Positions 1 to 9,900 of a stretch of 64,000 nt of DNA are shown here, one piece after another. Made by a program: the position numbers and the translations under genes. The DNA is from a bacterium (GTDB lineage: Bacteria; Electryoneota; JAOADG01): contig OY820579.1 in the NCBI GenBank assembly GCA_963681965.1, positions 2,432,001 through 2,496,000 on the forward strand, in the 5' to 3' direction. Numbering within the stretch: position 1 is the stretch's first letter; every line of letters starts with the position of its first letter. The notes under the pieces are model-generated. The model was not told the DNA's origin, searched no databases, and saw only the letters and a program-made list of their open reading frames with translations.

Positions 1-1775
1 GATGCAACGATTCGTAGATTCGTTGGATTGGAAACATCGACAATTTTTATCCCTTGGTTACCGCAGGGTAAGTAGAGCAGATTGTTGACGATTTGACATT
101 CTCCAAAATTGACAACCCCGCCAGCACCGTAGTCGAGCGAATCGACAACAACAGGATTGGTTTGATTATGCATATCGAGGGCATAAATCAGGTAGGGACT
201 CATCGATTGATAATAGAGGTATCCGTTCTGTGCAGCGATGAGTCGTAGATCCGATTGAAATGGAACAACCGCATGACCGGTTTCGATTGGATTAGCGGGA
301 TCGCTCACGTCGTAACACGATACTTCATTATAATTTTTACTCAAATACAGTGTATTGTTTTCCCGCATCAGTTGGTGAGGTGTCATTTCACTATCTTCTA
401 GGAAAGTCACAAACCGAGGTGCACTGAGGTTGGATCCATCAATTACGTGAATGCCATTCCCATTGGCTAGATACCAGTAGTTACCGATAATCTCCATCTG
501 TGAAATGTTATCACCACAAATTGAATCACGCGACGAGTGGAAAATTTGTCGGGGATGATAAGCATTGGAGATATCGACAACCGACAGCGAAGAATAGGTT
601 AACAAATAAATCCGGTTTCCATAGATCCGATAATTAATGATCTCATTATCCGCTTCATACAACCCAGCTAAAATTGGAAGATGCGGACCAGTCATATCGA
701 TCAATCGAATCGATACTTCGTGAAAAACAGCGGCAGTAGTACCAATCGCTTTCACATCGTTAAAACTACCACAACGATTATAGGTACTTATCTCAGTCGG
801 ATTTGCCGGATCGGAACAGTCGACAATGCGAACGCCGTAAGTACCATCGGCAACATAGACTGTCGTTCCTCGCACTGACATGTCCCAGATATCGGCGATC
901 GGATAATAGGTGCCGAGTACTTGCATCGAATCGGGATGAGTGATGTCGATGATCGCCATCGGACAATCTACCGGAGCATATTGCGCATACAATCGATTGC
1001 CCTCAGTTCTTACTAAATAGACATAATCGGGGAGATTGAATGATGTAACTCGATAGATCGAATCCGGATTTGCGATATCGAGCACATCGATATCGCCGTG
1101 TGCCAGATAAGCATAATGACCACTGATCGCGACATCGGACGACAAGAAATTTGGATCTTCGGTATAGGAACCAAGACAAACCGGGGCGATCGGATTGGTA
1201 AGATCGAAAATTGAAAATCGATCACCTGAAGTATAAAGACGGTTGCCAACCAACGTCATACCATATACTCTGAGTAGGAAAGTATCGGTATAGACAATTC
1301 GGTACATGTGAAGCGCGGGGAAGTATCGCGCGACTTGAAAACCATAGTTGTCGCAGCTCAGATAGAGAATATCTCCGGTTCGATTCGGTATGATCTGACG
1401 CAATCCCGTTACGGAGCAGTATTGAGCATTATCTCCAATTGGTTCATATCTGGGTGCACGGCTAAACACCCCATTACCATGATTGACAAAGATGAAACTG
1501 TCCGAAACTGACACGCTATTACACGGTCGATAAGCAGGTACATTGTTCGGAATTTCGGAGGGTACAGCCGGATTAGAGATATTGAGCGTGTGAACGCCCC
1601 CTTCGCTGGCAGCACAGAACAGCGTGTCGCCACTGAGTGCGACACTTATAACTGCACCACCCCAATTGTAATTCCATTGCCAGATTTCGGGGAGGACTTG
1701 GGCAGAAACGAGCAGAGGAATCAATAAAACGAATGGGATCAATACAAGGGATAGGATTGATGTTCGGGGAATCAT
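1..1775 (-). CDS. Secreted LVIVD-repeat beta-propeller protein, 3' end outside window (missing from ORF track)
   Basis: Read manually: AAAGGAG RBS then ATG at 1775, giving MIPRTSILSLVLIPFVLLIPLLVSAQVLPEIWQWNYNWGGAVISVALSGDTLFCAASEGGVHTLNISNP... Signal peptide plus repeated 'xxDVSNPxxP' motifs. Frame appears open towards position 1; same family as the neighbouring gene. Confidence 0.8.
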   Translation of the reverse strand, partial: MIPRTSILSLVLIPFVLLIPLLVSAQVLPEIWQWNYNWGGAVISVALSGDTLFCAASEGGVHTLNISNPAVPSEIPNNVPAYRPCNSVSVSDSFIFVNHGNGVFSRAPRYEPIGDNAQYCSVTGLRQIIPNRTGDILYLSCDNYGFQVARYFPALHMYRIVYTDTFLLRVYGMTLVGNRLYTSGDRFSIFDLTNPIAPVCLGSYTEDPNFLSSDVAISGHYAYLAHGDIDVLDIANPDSIYRVTSFNLPDYVYLVRTEGNRLYAQYAPVDCPMAIIDITHPDSMQVLGTYYPIADIWDMSVRGTTVYVADGTYGVRIVDCSDPANPTEISTYNRCGSFNDVKAIGTTAAVFHEVSIRLIDMTGPHLPILAGLYEADNEIINYRIYGNRIYLLTYSSLSVVDISNAYHPRQIFHSSRDSICGDNISQMEIIGNYWYLANGNGIHVIDGSNLSAPRFVTFLEDSEMTPHQLMRENNTLYLSKNYNEVSCYDVSDPANPIETGHAVVPFQSDLRLIAAQNGYLYYQSMSPYLIYALDMHNQTNPVVVDSLDYGAGGVVNFGECQIVNNLLYLPCGNQGIKIVDVSNPTNLRIVA

Positions 1776-1990
1776 GGCTTTCTCCTTTCAAATGTAAGCT
1801 GACCACGGACGAATCGAAGATAACCGAAAGTGAAGCGGGTTAACCTCACAAATGAAACTAATATCAATCTACATAACGAATTGAATATCTGTCAATGATT
1901 ATTGTTGAAATTTACAAATATGTCTGTGATCTAGGTAATTTAATTTTTTAAAAATACTAAACTGTGCTGCAGGTTTATTTTGGGTATAAA

Positions 1991-4210
1991 TTATCGAAGC
2001 AGAACGATTTTCTGTGTTTGCGAATATGCACCAGCGGTCAATCTGGCGAAATAGGTACCACTGCTGAGTTTCGAGCCATCGAATTTGACGGAATACTCAC
2101 CCGGATTCTGGTGGAAATCGACTAGATTTGCGACTTCCCGACCGGTCAGATCGAAGATTTTCAGCGATACTTTGCTCGTCTTCGGAATCGAATACCGGAT
2201 GGTTGTGGTTGGATTGAAGGGATTGGGATAATTGGGTTTCAACGCAAACGTTGTTGGGGAGGTCGCGATGATGCGATCGACAACTCCAACACATCCAGAA
2301 CAGTCATAGACGCCGACATTGTAATATTCGGAAGTATAGACATACCGGTTCGTGACCGAAATGGATCGAACATCGATTGATTCTTCATAGAATCCAACTT
2401 CGATTGGTTCTAATAGATCGGCAATTTGGATGATTCTGATTCCAGCAGTACGATCCGATATATAAGCATAGTTTCCATCGATGACGAATTGTTCGGAACA
2501 ATCGGGAAGATGGCAACAGCCAATTAGTCGAAGGTTTTGTATATCCGATGCATTGAAGATATTGAATGTGGAATCACTGGTTGTGGCAAAAATTATTGAA
2601 TCACGAGCGACCATGGACAGTATACCCGCGAGCGAATCGATACCGATCAATTGGGTACTATCGTGATTGGCGAAACTGTATTTGTAGATTTGCGATTCGT
2701 TGCTCTCCAGAATGGTTTCGCCGATAATGCAATCAGGTCGGATCGCGCTGGAAGCCGATCGAAACAAACCAACTCGTTGTGGATGCGATGGATTGGCGAT
2801 ATCGAAAATCAAGTTCATGGTGACAATGCCTTCGATCCCAGCATACCGTCCAATGCCGACCACAGCGTAATGATCTAGGATAAATATTGAATTCGGACTG
2901 TCCTGAATTTCGAATGGACAATTCCAAATTGTAGTCTGACTGAGGAGCCCAAGACTATCGTTTGCAAGAAACTGGTAAATTTTTAAATCGATTCGAGTAT
3001 CACTCGAGTCATTCCAGACAACATCGACGGAATATCCATACTCTCCTGAAAATGCCCAAATATAATTGTTTATTTCGGCTGTCACCCGTGTGGGAATGGA
3101 ATTATCGAGATTCACTATTTGGCAACCGTAATCGAACCAATTGAATAGCCGGTTCCCGGTAACTTGAATTTGTAATGATGGTCGCAGCGGAATAAATCTG
3201 CTGGTGATGAGTGGATTTGCCGGTGATGTCAGATCGATTAATTCCAAATTAGCTTGGTCATTCAGCACTGTTGCGTGATTTCCAGTAATACAGATACTAA
3301 AGGGAAAAGTGCTGGATAGGCTACCGACGTTCCGGATACTGTCCGGGTTTGAGAGATCGAGCACCTGAAGTCGCGAATCGACCGTAGGATACGCACCTCG
3401 ATGCATTGAGCCGTAGTAGAAGTAATTTCCGTGGAATGCGAATTGACATAATAATCCGTTTTGATTCATCGTTCGAGTGCGTTGAGCGAGCAACTGCGGT
3501 GACGCTGGATCCGCAATATTCAGAATCGACACGGTATCAATGCCACCGATCGCGGCGTAATTCCCCTGCACTTGTACTTGATAGGCTGTTCTGGAATAGT
3601 GACCTACTTCGAAACAATTTGCCGGATTGGCAATATTGACAATACGCAATCCTGAATCGACATCAGCGATATAGGCGAAGTTTCCCGATACTACGACATC
3701 AAGAGCATAGTATGGTGTCGCAAGGACACCGAGTTCACTGGGGTTAGCAGGTTCGGTGATATCGAGGATCCTGAGCCCATTCACGCCATCGGCGAGATAG
3801 AGGTTGGTTGCGGAAATTGCGAGCGCATATACATATCCGGGTGAATCGTAACGATTGACTTCGAATGGTGAGCTGGGATTACTAACATCGACAACGCGTA
3901 CACCCGCATCGCCATTGGCGAGGTAAGCGTAATTGTTCGCAACAGCGACACTCCGGACGAGATCATTATCTAAAAAGAAACCGCACTCAAACGGGACCGC
4001 CGGATTGGTCAGATCGATTATCGACAATCCACGGGAGCATGCGACATAGGCATAGTTTCCTACAGTTGTGTGGGTAAAGCCGAATTCACTGGTCTGTTTT
4101 CGTGCGACACAACTGATGCCGGAACTATCTTGCGCCATGACGGAATTGATTGAAAGAAGAATAATAGCGAAAATCAGAGTCGTGAAGGAGGCGATTCGTC
4201 GGAGTGTCAT
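1991..4210 (-). CDS. Secreted LVIVD-repeat protein with T9SS type-A CTD
   Basis: Signal peptide; many 'V.GNYAY.A....GLRI.DI.NPA.P' repeats; C-terminal 'PNYPNPFNPTTTIRYSIP...GTYFARL...QKIVLLR'. Confidence 0.9.
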   Translation of the reverse strand: MTLRRIASFTTLIFAIILLSINSVMAQDSSGISCVARKQTSEFGFTHTTVGNYAYVACSRGLSIIDLTNPAVPFECGFFLDNDLVRSVAVANNYAYLANGDAGVRVVDVSNPSSPFEVNRYDSPGYVYALAISATNLYLADGVNGLRILDITEPANPSELGVLATPYYALDVVVSGNFAYIADVDSGLRIVNIANPANCFEVGHYSRTAYQVQVQGNYAAIGGIDTVSILNIADPASPQLLAQRTRTMNQNGLLCQFAFHGNYFYYGSMHRGAYPTVDSRLQVLDLSNPDSIRNVGSLSSTFPFSICITGNHATVLNDQANLELIDLTSPANPLITSRFIPLRPSLQIQVTGNRLFNWFDYGCQIVNLDNSIPTRVTAEINNYIWAFSGEYGYSVDVVWNDSSDTRIDLKIYQFLANDSLGLLSQTTIWNCPFEIQDSPNSIFILDHYAVVGIGRYAGIEGIVTMNLIFDIANPSHPQRVGLFRSASSAIRPDCIIGETILESNESQIYKYSFANHDSTQLIGIDSLAGILSMVARDSIIFATTSDSTFNIFNASDIQNLRLIGCCHLPDCSEQFVIDGNYAYISDRTAGIRIIQIADLLEPIEVGFYEESIDVRSISVTNRYVYTSEYYNVGVYDCSGCVGVVDRIIATSPTTFALKPNYPNPFNPTTTIRYSIPKTSKVSLKIFDLTGREVANLVDFHQNPGEYSVKFDGSKLSSGTYFARLTAGAYSQTQKIVLLR

Positions 4211-4348
4211 GACTTGTTCCTTTCAAAGTGAGTGAAGCAAAGAAGAGAAATAGAACAATGGATTTGCAATAGTAAACTAATAGTAATATGAAGATACCTG
4301 CAAGGGTAAAACATAAAAAATGAAAATTATTGCAATATGTTGATCATA

Positions 4349-4463
4349 TAGGTGTTGGGTAGTGGGTGATGGGTGGTAGGGAAAGATAAAAAATGATACA
4401 AGAACGCGGACTAAAGTCCGCCGGTACAAAAAAAAAGAGGTCAGGCTGAAGCCTAACCTCCGT
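4349..4463. repeat. Heptamer G-rich tandem repeat followed by two REP-like hairpins
   Basis: taggtgt-tgggtag-tgggtga-tgggtgg-tagggaa (4349-4383); GCGGACTAAAGTCCGCCGGTAC (4406-4427); GAGGTCAGGCTGAAGCCTAACCTC (4437-4460). Confidence 0.7.
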
Positions 4464-4487
4464 ATAATAATATTGTTAGAAAACAAA

Positions 4488-5294
4488 TTATGGATAGCTT
4501 TCCTCATCAGTGGGGAAATTGAGATTCTTGATATCGTCGCGGTACTGCTCCACAGCGGAAATGATGGTGTTCCCGACTTCGGCATAGCGCCGGGCAAATT
4601 TGAACTTCACTTCCGGTTGCAAACCGAGCATATCGTGCAGCACCAGGATTTGTCCATCGCAGAGTGGCCCCGAGGCGATTCCGATCGTCGGAATCGAAAT
4701 TGAATTTGTCACCATTTCTGCAACGTCGCGCGGGATTTTTTCCAGTACAAGACTGAAACAACCAGCTTGTTCCAAGGCTTTCGCATTGGCAATGATTTTC
4801 TCGACCGCTTCCGGGGTACGGGCTTGTAGCAAGTAGCCACCGTACTGCAGCACCATCTGCGGCTGCAGACCGAGATGCCCCATCACTGGAACACCGGTAT
4901 TGACAAGCTTCTCAATCATCGGGCAAAGTTCGACACCCCCTTCGACCTTGACGGCGGAAACACGCCCTTCCTGAAGGAGACGAACGGCGTTGCGGTAGCC
5001 AACTTCAACCGATTCAGTGTAACTGGCAAACGGCATATCCGCGACAACCAGCGCATGATCGACGGCGCGAGAGACTAACCGGCTATGATAGATCATGTTG
5101 TCGAGCGTAACCGGAACCGTGGTTTCTTCGCCTTGCATCGTCATACCGAGTGAATCGCCAATCAATATTAAATCGACTCCGGCTTGATCCACCAGTCGCG
5201 CGAGAGAATAGTCGTATGCGGTCAGCGCGACAATTTTCCGTTTCCCTTTCAGTTCGCGGATATGGCGGGTGGTGATGCGATGAGTGGTGTTCAT
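4488..5294 (-). CDS. panB: 3-methyl-2-oxobutanoate hydroxymethyltransferase
   Basis: LTAYD, 'LIGDSLG', 'VADMPF', 'VKVEGG', 'MGHLGLQPQ' motifs; start placed at MNTTHR (ATGA overlap with mnmA stop). Confidence 0.95.
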   Translation of the reverse strand: MNTTHRITTRHIRELKGKRKIVALTAYDYSLARLVDQAGVDLILIGDSLGMTMQGEETTVPVTLDNMIYHSRLVSRAVDHALVVADMPFASYTESVEVGYRNAVRLLQEGRVSAVKVEGGVELCPMIEKLVNTGVPVMGHLGLQPQMVLQYGGYLLQARTPEAVEKIIANAKALEQAGCFSLVLEKIPRDVAEMVTNSISIPTIGIASGPLCDGQILVLHDMLGLQPEVKFKFARRYAEVGNTIISAVEQYRDDIKNLNFPTDEESYP

Positions 5295-6421
5295 AACAGA
5301 ATCTCGTCGATAATGCCTCCGGCGATCACGCGATCCCCCCGGAAAGCGACACAACTTTGTCCCCTTGCCGGAGCCCGGACGGGGGTATGAAAATCGCATT
5401 GCGCACGACCGTCGGGCAGTGGTGTCCAATCTGCCAAAACGCCCGGGTCGTGATATCGTACTTGTACAAGGTACGAACCGGAATTGGGAGCGCCAACAAT
5501 ATCGCGGACGATAATCCGGTGCCGGAACAGTGCTGTGACCGGTCCAACCACGACTTTGGTTTCCGGGACATTCACATCGATTACGTAATTCGGTTCGGTA
5601 AATCCGCCCCCCAAACCTTTGCGTTGTCCGACCGTGTAATGATATAGATTTTCACGAATTCCCAGCTTCTTTCCATCACTGGTCACCAATTCCGCTTCCA
5701 ATTTCTGGTCGGGATATTTGCTTGCCAGCCACGTCCGGTAATCGGTGCCACTGAGAAAACAGATATCCTGACTTTCGGGATTACTGGCGGTGGGGAGACC
5801 CGCTTCTTTCGCAATGAGGCGGATTTCGGATTTGCGGAACGCCCCTAACGGCAAGAGCGTTGCGGCGCGGCGTGGTTCTTCCACTACCCAGAGTGCATAA
5901 GCTTGATCTTTGGTCGGATCGAAACCGCGTGCAAACCAATACCGATTATCGACTTTTACCCGCCGGACATAATGACCCGTGGAAATGAAATCGATGCCTA
6001 ATAGCAATTTCCGATCCCACAAAGCGCCCCATTTCAACTCGCGGTTGCATTCGATACACGGATTGGGGGTTTCACCGGAGAAGTAGCTCTGGTCGAAATA
6101 GTCGATGACTTTGGTTTGAAACAGATCGGAGAAATTCCAGACTTGGGAGGTGGCACCAATATGATCGCATACGCGGGCGACATCGATTGAGCTACCCGTA
6201 TGGCAACACCCTTTCGCAGTGGCGGGGGTTCCTTCCGGTACTAATCGGAAATGGACACCGATTACGGTAAGTCCAGCTTGTGCCAGAAGATAGGCAGCAG
6301 CCGAGCTGTCGACCCCGCCAGACATCGCAACGAGCACGCTACTACCACTCCATTGATGACGGGCAGCAGCGATCCAGCGGTCGCGCCGGCGTAAGATGTG
6401 GTCGCGTTCCGTCTCAGCCAC
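5291..6421 (-). CDS. mnmA: tRNA 2-thiouridine(34) synthase
   Basis: PP-loop 'AMSGGVDS', 'TPNPCIECN', 'STGHY', 'KDQAY', 'ESQDICF', 'YTVGQRKGL', 'GQSCV'. Confidence 0.95.
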   Translation of the reverse strand: MAETERDHILRRRDRWIAAARHQWSGSSVLVAMSGGVDSSAAAYLLAQAGLTVIGVHFRLVPEGTPATAKGCCHTGSSIDVARVCDHIGATSQVWNFSDLFQTKVIDYFDQSYFSGETPNPCIECNRELKWGALWDRKLLLGIDFISTGHYVRRVKVDNRYWFARGFDPTKDQAYALWVVEEPRRAATLLPLGAFRKSEIRLIAKEAGLPTASNPESQDICFLSGTDYRTWLASKYPDQKLEAELVTSDGKKLGIRENLYHYTVGQRKGLGGGFTEPNYVIDVNVPETKVVVGPVTALFRHRIIVRDIVGAPNSGSYLVQVRYHDPGVLADWTPLPDGRAQCDFHTPVRAPARGQSCVAFRGDRVIAGGIIDEILL

Positions 6422-7565
6422 CGTTCACCACTCGACGTTGTTTGGCAATGACGGTTGCGACCCGGTTGGCAGCATCTGTCACATCTTCAAGCGAAAGTGA
6501 CGGACCGAAACTGAATCGGATACATTCATTGGCGGCTTTCTCGGTCAGTCCGATTTCTATAAGTACTTGTGAAGGCTTAAGGGCACCACTGGCACAGGCG
6601 GAACCAGCGGACGCAGCTACACCGGCAAGGTCGAACCCGAGTAATAAGGCTTCAGCTTCGGTGTTGGCAAATCGAAGATTCAAGATTGAATCGCTACAGC
6701 GATCAATTGGAGAGATAAATGTAAACTCGCAGCCGAGTGATGTTAATTGTTGAATAAATCTTTGTTTCAGTGTTGCAATGCGGTCGCGATATTCGGTTGC
6801 ATTCCGGTGCCAGAGCTCGCACGCCTTGCCGAATCCGACGATGGCGGGAAGTCCTTCGGTACCGGCATGTTTCCCACGCTCCTGACTTGCTGCGGCAATC
6901 CATGGGGGGAGATCGATTCCCTCGCGTACCCAGAGTGCGCCGATCCCTTTAGGACCATTGATTTTATGTGATGCTACCGAAACCAGATCGGCACCCATCG
7001 AAATTGGGGAGGGGTATTTGCCGATCGCTTGGACGGCATCGGTGTGAAAGAGCGCATCGGAAGCATGAGCAATATTGGCAAGTGCAGAAATATCCTGCAG
7101 TGTTCCTAATTCATTGTTACAATACATTAATGAAATAAATCTAGTATCAGTATCGCTCAATGATTGTAATTGATCAATTAAGTATCTGCCTTCGGAATCG
7201 CTTTTCAACCACCGGACAGTCCATCCTTCGGTGGTTAGTCGTTTAGCGACATTACGGACAGCGGAATGTTCGATCTGGGCAGTGATGAAATTGCCTTTGT
7301 TGGCTTGAAAGAGCTGTGCCATGCCAAGAATTGCCCACTGATCGGCTTCCGAACCACTCGCCGTGAAGAAGATGCGATCCGATGTCGTTTCGAGGAGAGT
7401 TGCAACCTGAATGCGCGCCTGCTCCAGCGCTTTTTTCGCAATTCGACCTTCAGTATGGAGTGAACTCGGGTTGCCCCACCCCTGCTCCATGACATTCACC
7501 ATCACGGCAATCACTTCCGGGTGAACGGGGGTCGTTGCAGCATGATCCAAGTAGATTCGGTTCAT
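6414..7565 (-). CDS. iscS: Cysteine desulfurase (IscS/NifS class)
   Basis: 'YLDHAATTP', 'GNPSSLH', 'HTDAVQ', 'SHKINGPKGIG', catalytic 'SAGSACASG'. Confidence 0.9.
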   Translation of the reverse strand: MNRIYLDHAATTPVHPEVIAVMVNVMEQGWGNPSSLHTEGRIAKKALEQARIQVATLLETTSDRIFFTASGSEADQWAILGMAQLFQANKGNFITAQIEHSAVRNVAKRLTTEGWTVRWLKSDSEGRYLIDQLQSLSDTDTRFISLMYCNNELGTLQDISALANIAHASDALFHTDAVQAIGKYPSPISMGADLVSVASHKINGPKGIGALWVREGIDLPPWIAAASQERGKHAGTEGLPAIVGFGKACELWHRNATEYRDRIATLKQRFIQQLTSLGCEFTFISPIDRCSDSILNLRFANTEAEALLLGFDLAGVAASAGSACASGALKPSQVLIEIGLTEKAANECIRFSFGPSLSLEDVTDAANRVATVIAKQRRVVNGG

Positions 7566-7581
7566 AGGTTTCTGCTTTTCA

Positions 7582-8184
7582 TTATTTTAGATTCGCCGGC
7601 AAATAGCCCTGCCGATAGGCTGCTTCCAATTGTTTATAGGCACGGAATCGATGAGACATGCCATTTTTTACCGCAGGGGATAATTCTGCCAAGGTTTCAG
7701 TGTACCCGGTCGGTACAAAAATCGGGTCATACCCGAAACCGTTATTACCCCGCTCGATCGTAATGATTTCTCCTAATAATACTCCGCGACCCAGCCACTT
7801 CCCACCATTCCATACGACAGCGAGGACCGTCTCAAACCGGGCAGGATATGGCTTTTGGAGAGTGGATAACTCTTGAAGTAATTTCTTACGATTTGCATCA
7901 TAACTATTGGTTTCACCAGCATAACGTGCACTGTGGATACCGGGAGCGCCATTCAGGCAATCGACAAACAGACCGGTGTCGTCGGCAACTGAGATCAGGT
8001 CGGTTGCTTTGTGATAATAGACAGCTTTCAACAACGCATTCGCCTCAAGCGACTCGCCATTTTCTTCCGGTGATGGGAGATTGAAGTCGGTAGCGAGTTG
8101 CCAATCCACCGGAATGTCGCAGATTTCGATTAGCTCTTTCAGCTTGTGAGGATTATTGGAGCCGAGCAGCCACGGAATGTTCAT
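7582..8184 (-). CDS. rdgB: Non-canonical purine NTP pyrophosphatase (HAM1/RdgB)
   Basis: 'SNNPHKLKE', 'ENGESLEANALLKA', 'ADDTGL', 'APGIHSARYAG', 'GFGYDPIF', 'KNGMSHR'; ATGA overlap with deoB stop. Confidence 0.93.
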   Translation of the reverse strand: MNIPWLLGSNNPHKLKELIEICDIPVDWQLATDFNLPSPEENGESLEANALLKAVYYHKATDLISVADDTGLFVDCLNGAPGIHSARYAGETNSYDANRKKLLQELSTLQKPYPARFETVLAVVWNGGKWLGRGVLLGEIITIERGNNGFGYDPIFVPTGYTETLAELSPAVKNGMSHRFRAYKQLEAAYRQGYLPANLK

Positions 8185-9344
8185 CGCTGGAGTTCCTTCC
8201 AGAAGGAAGTTCCGGCACTCCATTTCCCCAAGCCAAATGCTTCATATACTGTCGCACCTAAGTCGGCAAAAGTCGTACGAATTCCTAATGATACATTTTG
8301 TCGAATGCTTTTGCCGACGATTAGTACCGGTACCCGTTCGCGGGAGTGGTCGGTGGACGGAGTCGTCGGATCATTGCCATGATCGGCGGTCAATATGAGA
8401 GTATCTTCCGAACCCATTTCAGCGCGGATGACTGGAAGCATCGTGTCGAACCACTCCAGTGCATTGGCAAAACCCTCGATATCGTTGCGGTGACCGTAAA
8501 GCATATCGAAATCGACTAGATTTGCAAATAGGAAACCAGTGTCTTTCTGCCGAAGCCAATCCAATATTCCTTGTACCGATTCCTCATTGTTTTTTGCGCC
8601 AATTTTCTCACTCACCCCTTGACCAGCGAAGAGATCGGCGATTTTACCGACGGATACCGTTGGGATATCATGAGCTTTTAGCACATCCATGACGGTCGGA
8701 CCACCGGGCGGGAGCGATTCGTCGTGCCGGTTCGGGGTACGGTAGAATTCACCGGCGACACCTAAGAAGGGGCGTGCAATGACCCGTCCGACTGCATAAG
8801 GACCAGTCATCCATAATTCACGTAAATCCTTACAGATCCGGTACAGCTCATGAAGTGGTACCACATCCTCGTGGGCGGCAATCTGTAGCACCGAGTCGGC
8901 GGAGGTATAGACGATCAAATCGCCGGTTTTGACATGCTGCTCACCCAGCTCCTTGATGATCTCCGTGCCCGAAGCGGGTTTATTGCCGATGATACCGCGT
9001 CCACTGATCCGGCGGATTTCCTGCAGGACGGGTTCCGGGAAACCATCGAAAAAGTAGGGGAAGGGGGTGTGCGTGATCAATCCTGCCAGTTCCCAATGAC
9101 CAGTGGTGGAATCCTTGCCGGCGGATTGTTCCGTCATCACGCCCCAGGCACCTTCACTGACGCATGCCGGGACATTGGCTATCGGCGTACAATTCCCGAT
9201 CCCAAGTTTTTGTAAATTCGGGATATTCAAATTCTGGTGACGGGAAAGATTACCAAGGGTATTGGAACCCTCATCTTTGTAATCGGCGGCATCCGGGGCA
9301 TCGCCACAGCCGACGCCGTCGAGCACTAATTGGATCCAACGCAT
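8181..9344 (-). CDS. deoB: Phosphopentomutase
   Basis: 'LVLDGVGCG', 'GKDSTTGHWE', 'YTSADSV', 'RVIARPF', 'NLVDFDMLYGHRND', 'TADHGNDPT..STDHSRE'. Confidence 0.95.
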   Translation of the reverse strand: MRWIQLVLDGVGCGDAPDAADYKDEGSNTLGNLSRHQNLNIPNLQKLGIGNCTPIANVPACVSEGAWGVMTEQSAGKDSTTGHWELAGLITHTPFPYFFDGFPEPVLQEIRRISGRGIIGNKPASGTEIIKELGEQHVKTGDLIVYTSADSVLQIAAHEDVVPLHELYRICKDLRELWMTGPYAVGRVIARPFLGVAGEFYRTPNRHDESLPPGGPTVMDVLKAHDIPTVSVGKIADLFAGQGVSEKIGAKNNEESVQGILDWLRQKDTGFLFANLVDFDMLYGHRNDIEGFANALEWFDTMLPVIRAEMGSEDTLILTADHGNDPTTPSTDHSRERVPVLIVGKSIRQNVSLGIRTTFADLGATVYEAFGLGKWSAGTSFWKELQR

Positions 9345-9900
9345 AATGTGAGATTCCTTTTCGACAAAATACAACGCCATGCAAGAACGGTCAAACGTCT
9401 CGGCGCGATCTAGCCTCGATAGAATAAATACGTAGAAACGGATGCTATCTATTCGACCAGACGATCTGATCGCTCAGCGCAGTGTGTTCTTTAATCTACC
9501 AGTTGAAGGATTAATGATCGATAAGGATATGTCAGATCCACTTTATGGGATGCAGAGTAATCTTTTATTCGATACGGGTTCGTTCGCTTATAAAAAATAA
9601 GCGATCTAGGAGTGACCAACAACTGTACTGACGTCGCAAATTCCTAGCGAGAATAATATCCGACTTTTTCTAGTAGCAGGAACAAGTCATCATCGTCTAG
9701 AACGAAAAAATTGATATACAGAAACACTCATGGTTGAATTTTAATCGAATTGAAAAAAATGTCTTTATAAAACCGTTTACAGAAAATTCGCGCATTCTTA
9801 ACATCTTCTCCGATCAACTTGAACTCACAATTCAAAATATTTAACTTAGCAAGAATACTGACTTCACCTAATACATCACATCAATCCATGAGGAATCCCA

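Noticed and set aside
5295-5429. Long N-terminal extensions in the ORF track (panB, rdgB, VWA, TIR, yggS, divIVA, TPM, CBS)
   Set aside because: Downstream ATGs have an RBS or ATGA coupling and match family starts; the extensions overlap upstream genes, promoters or the MITE
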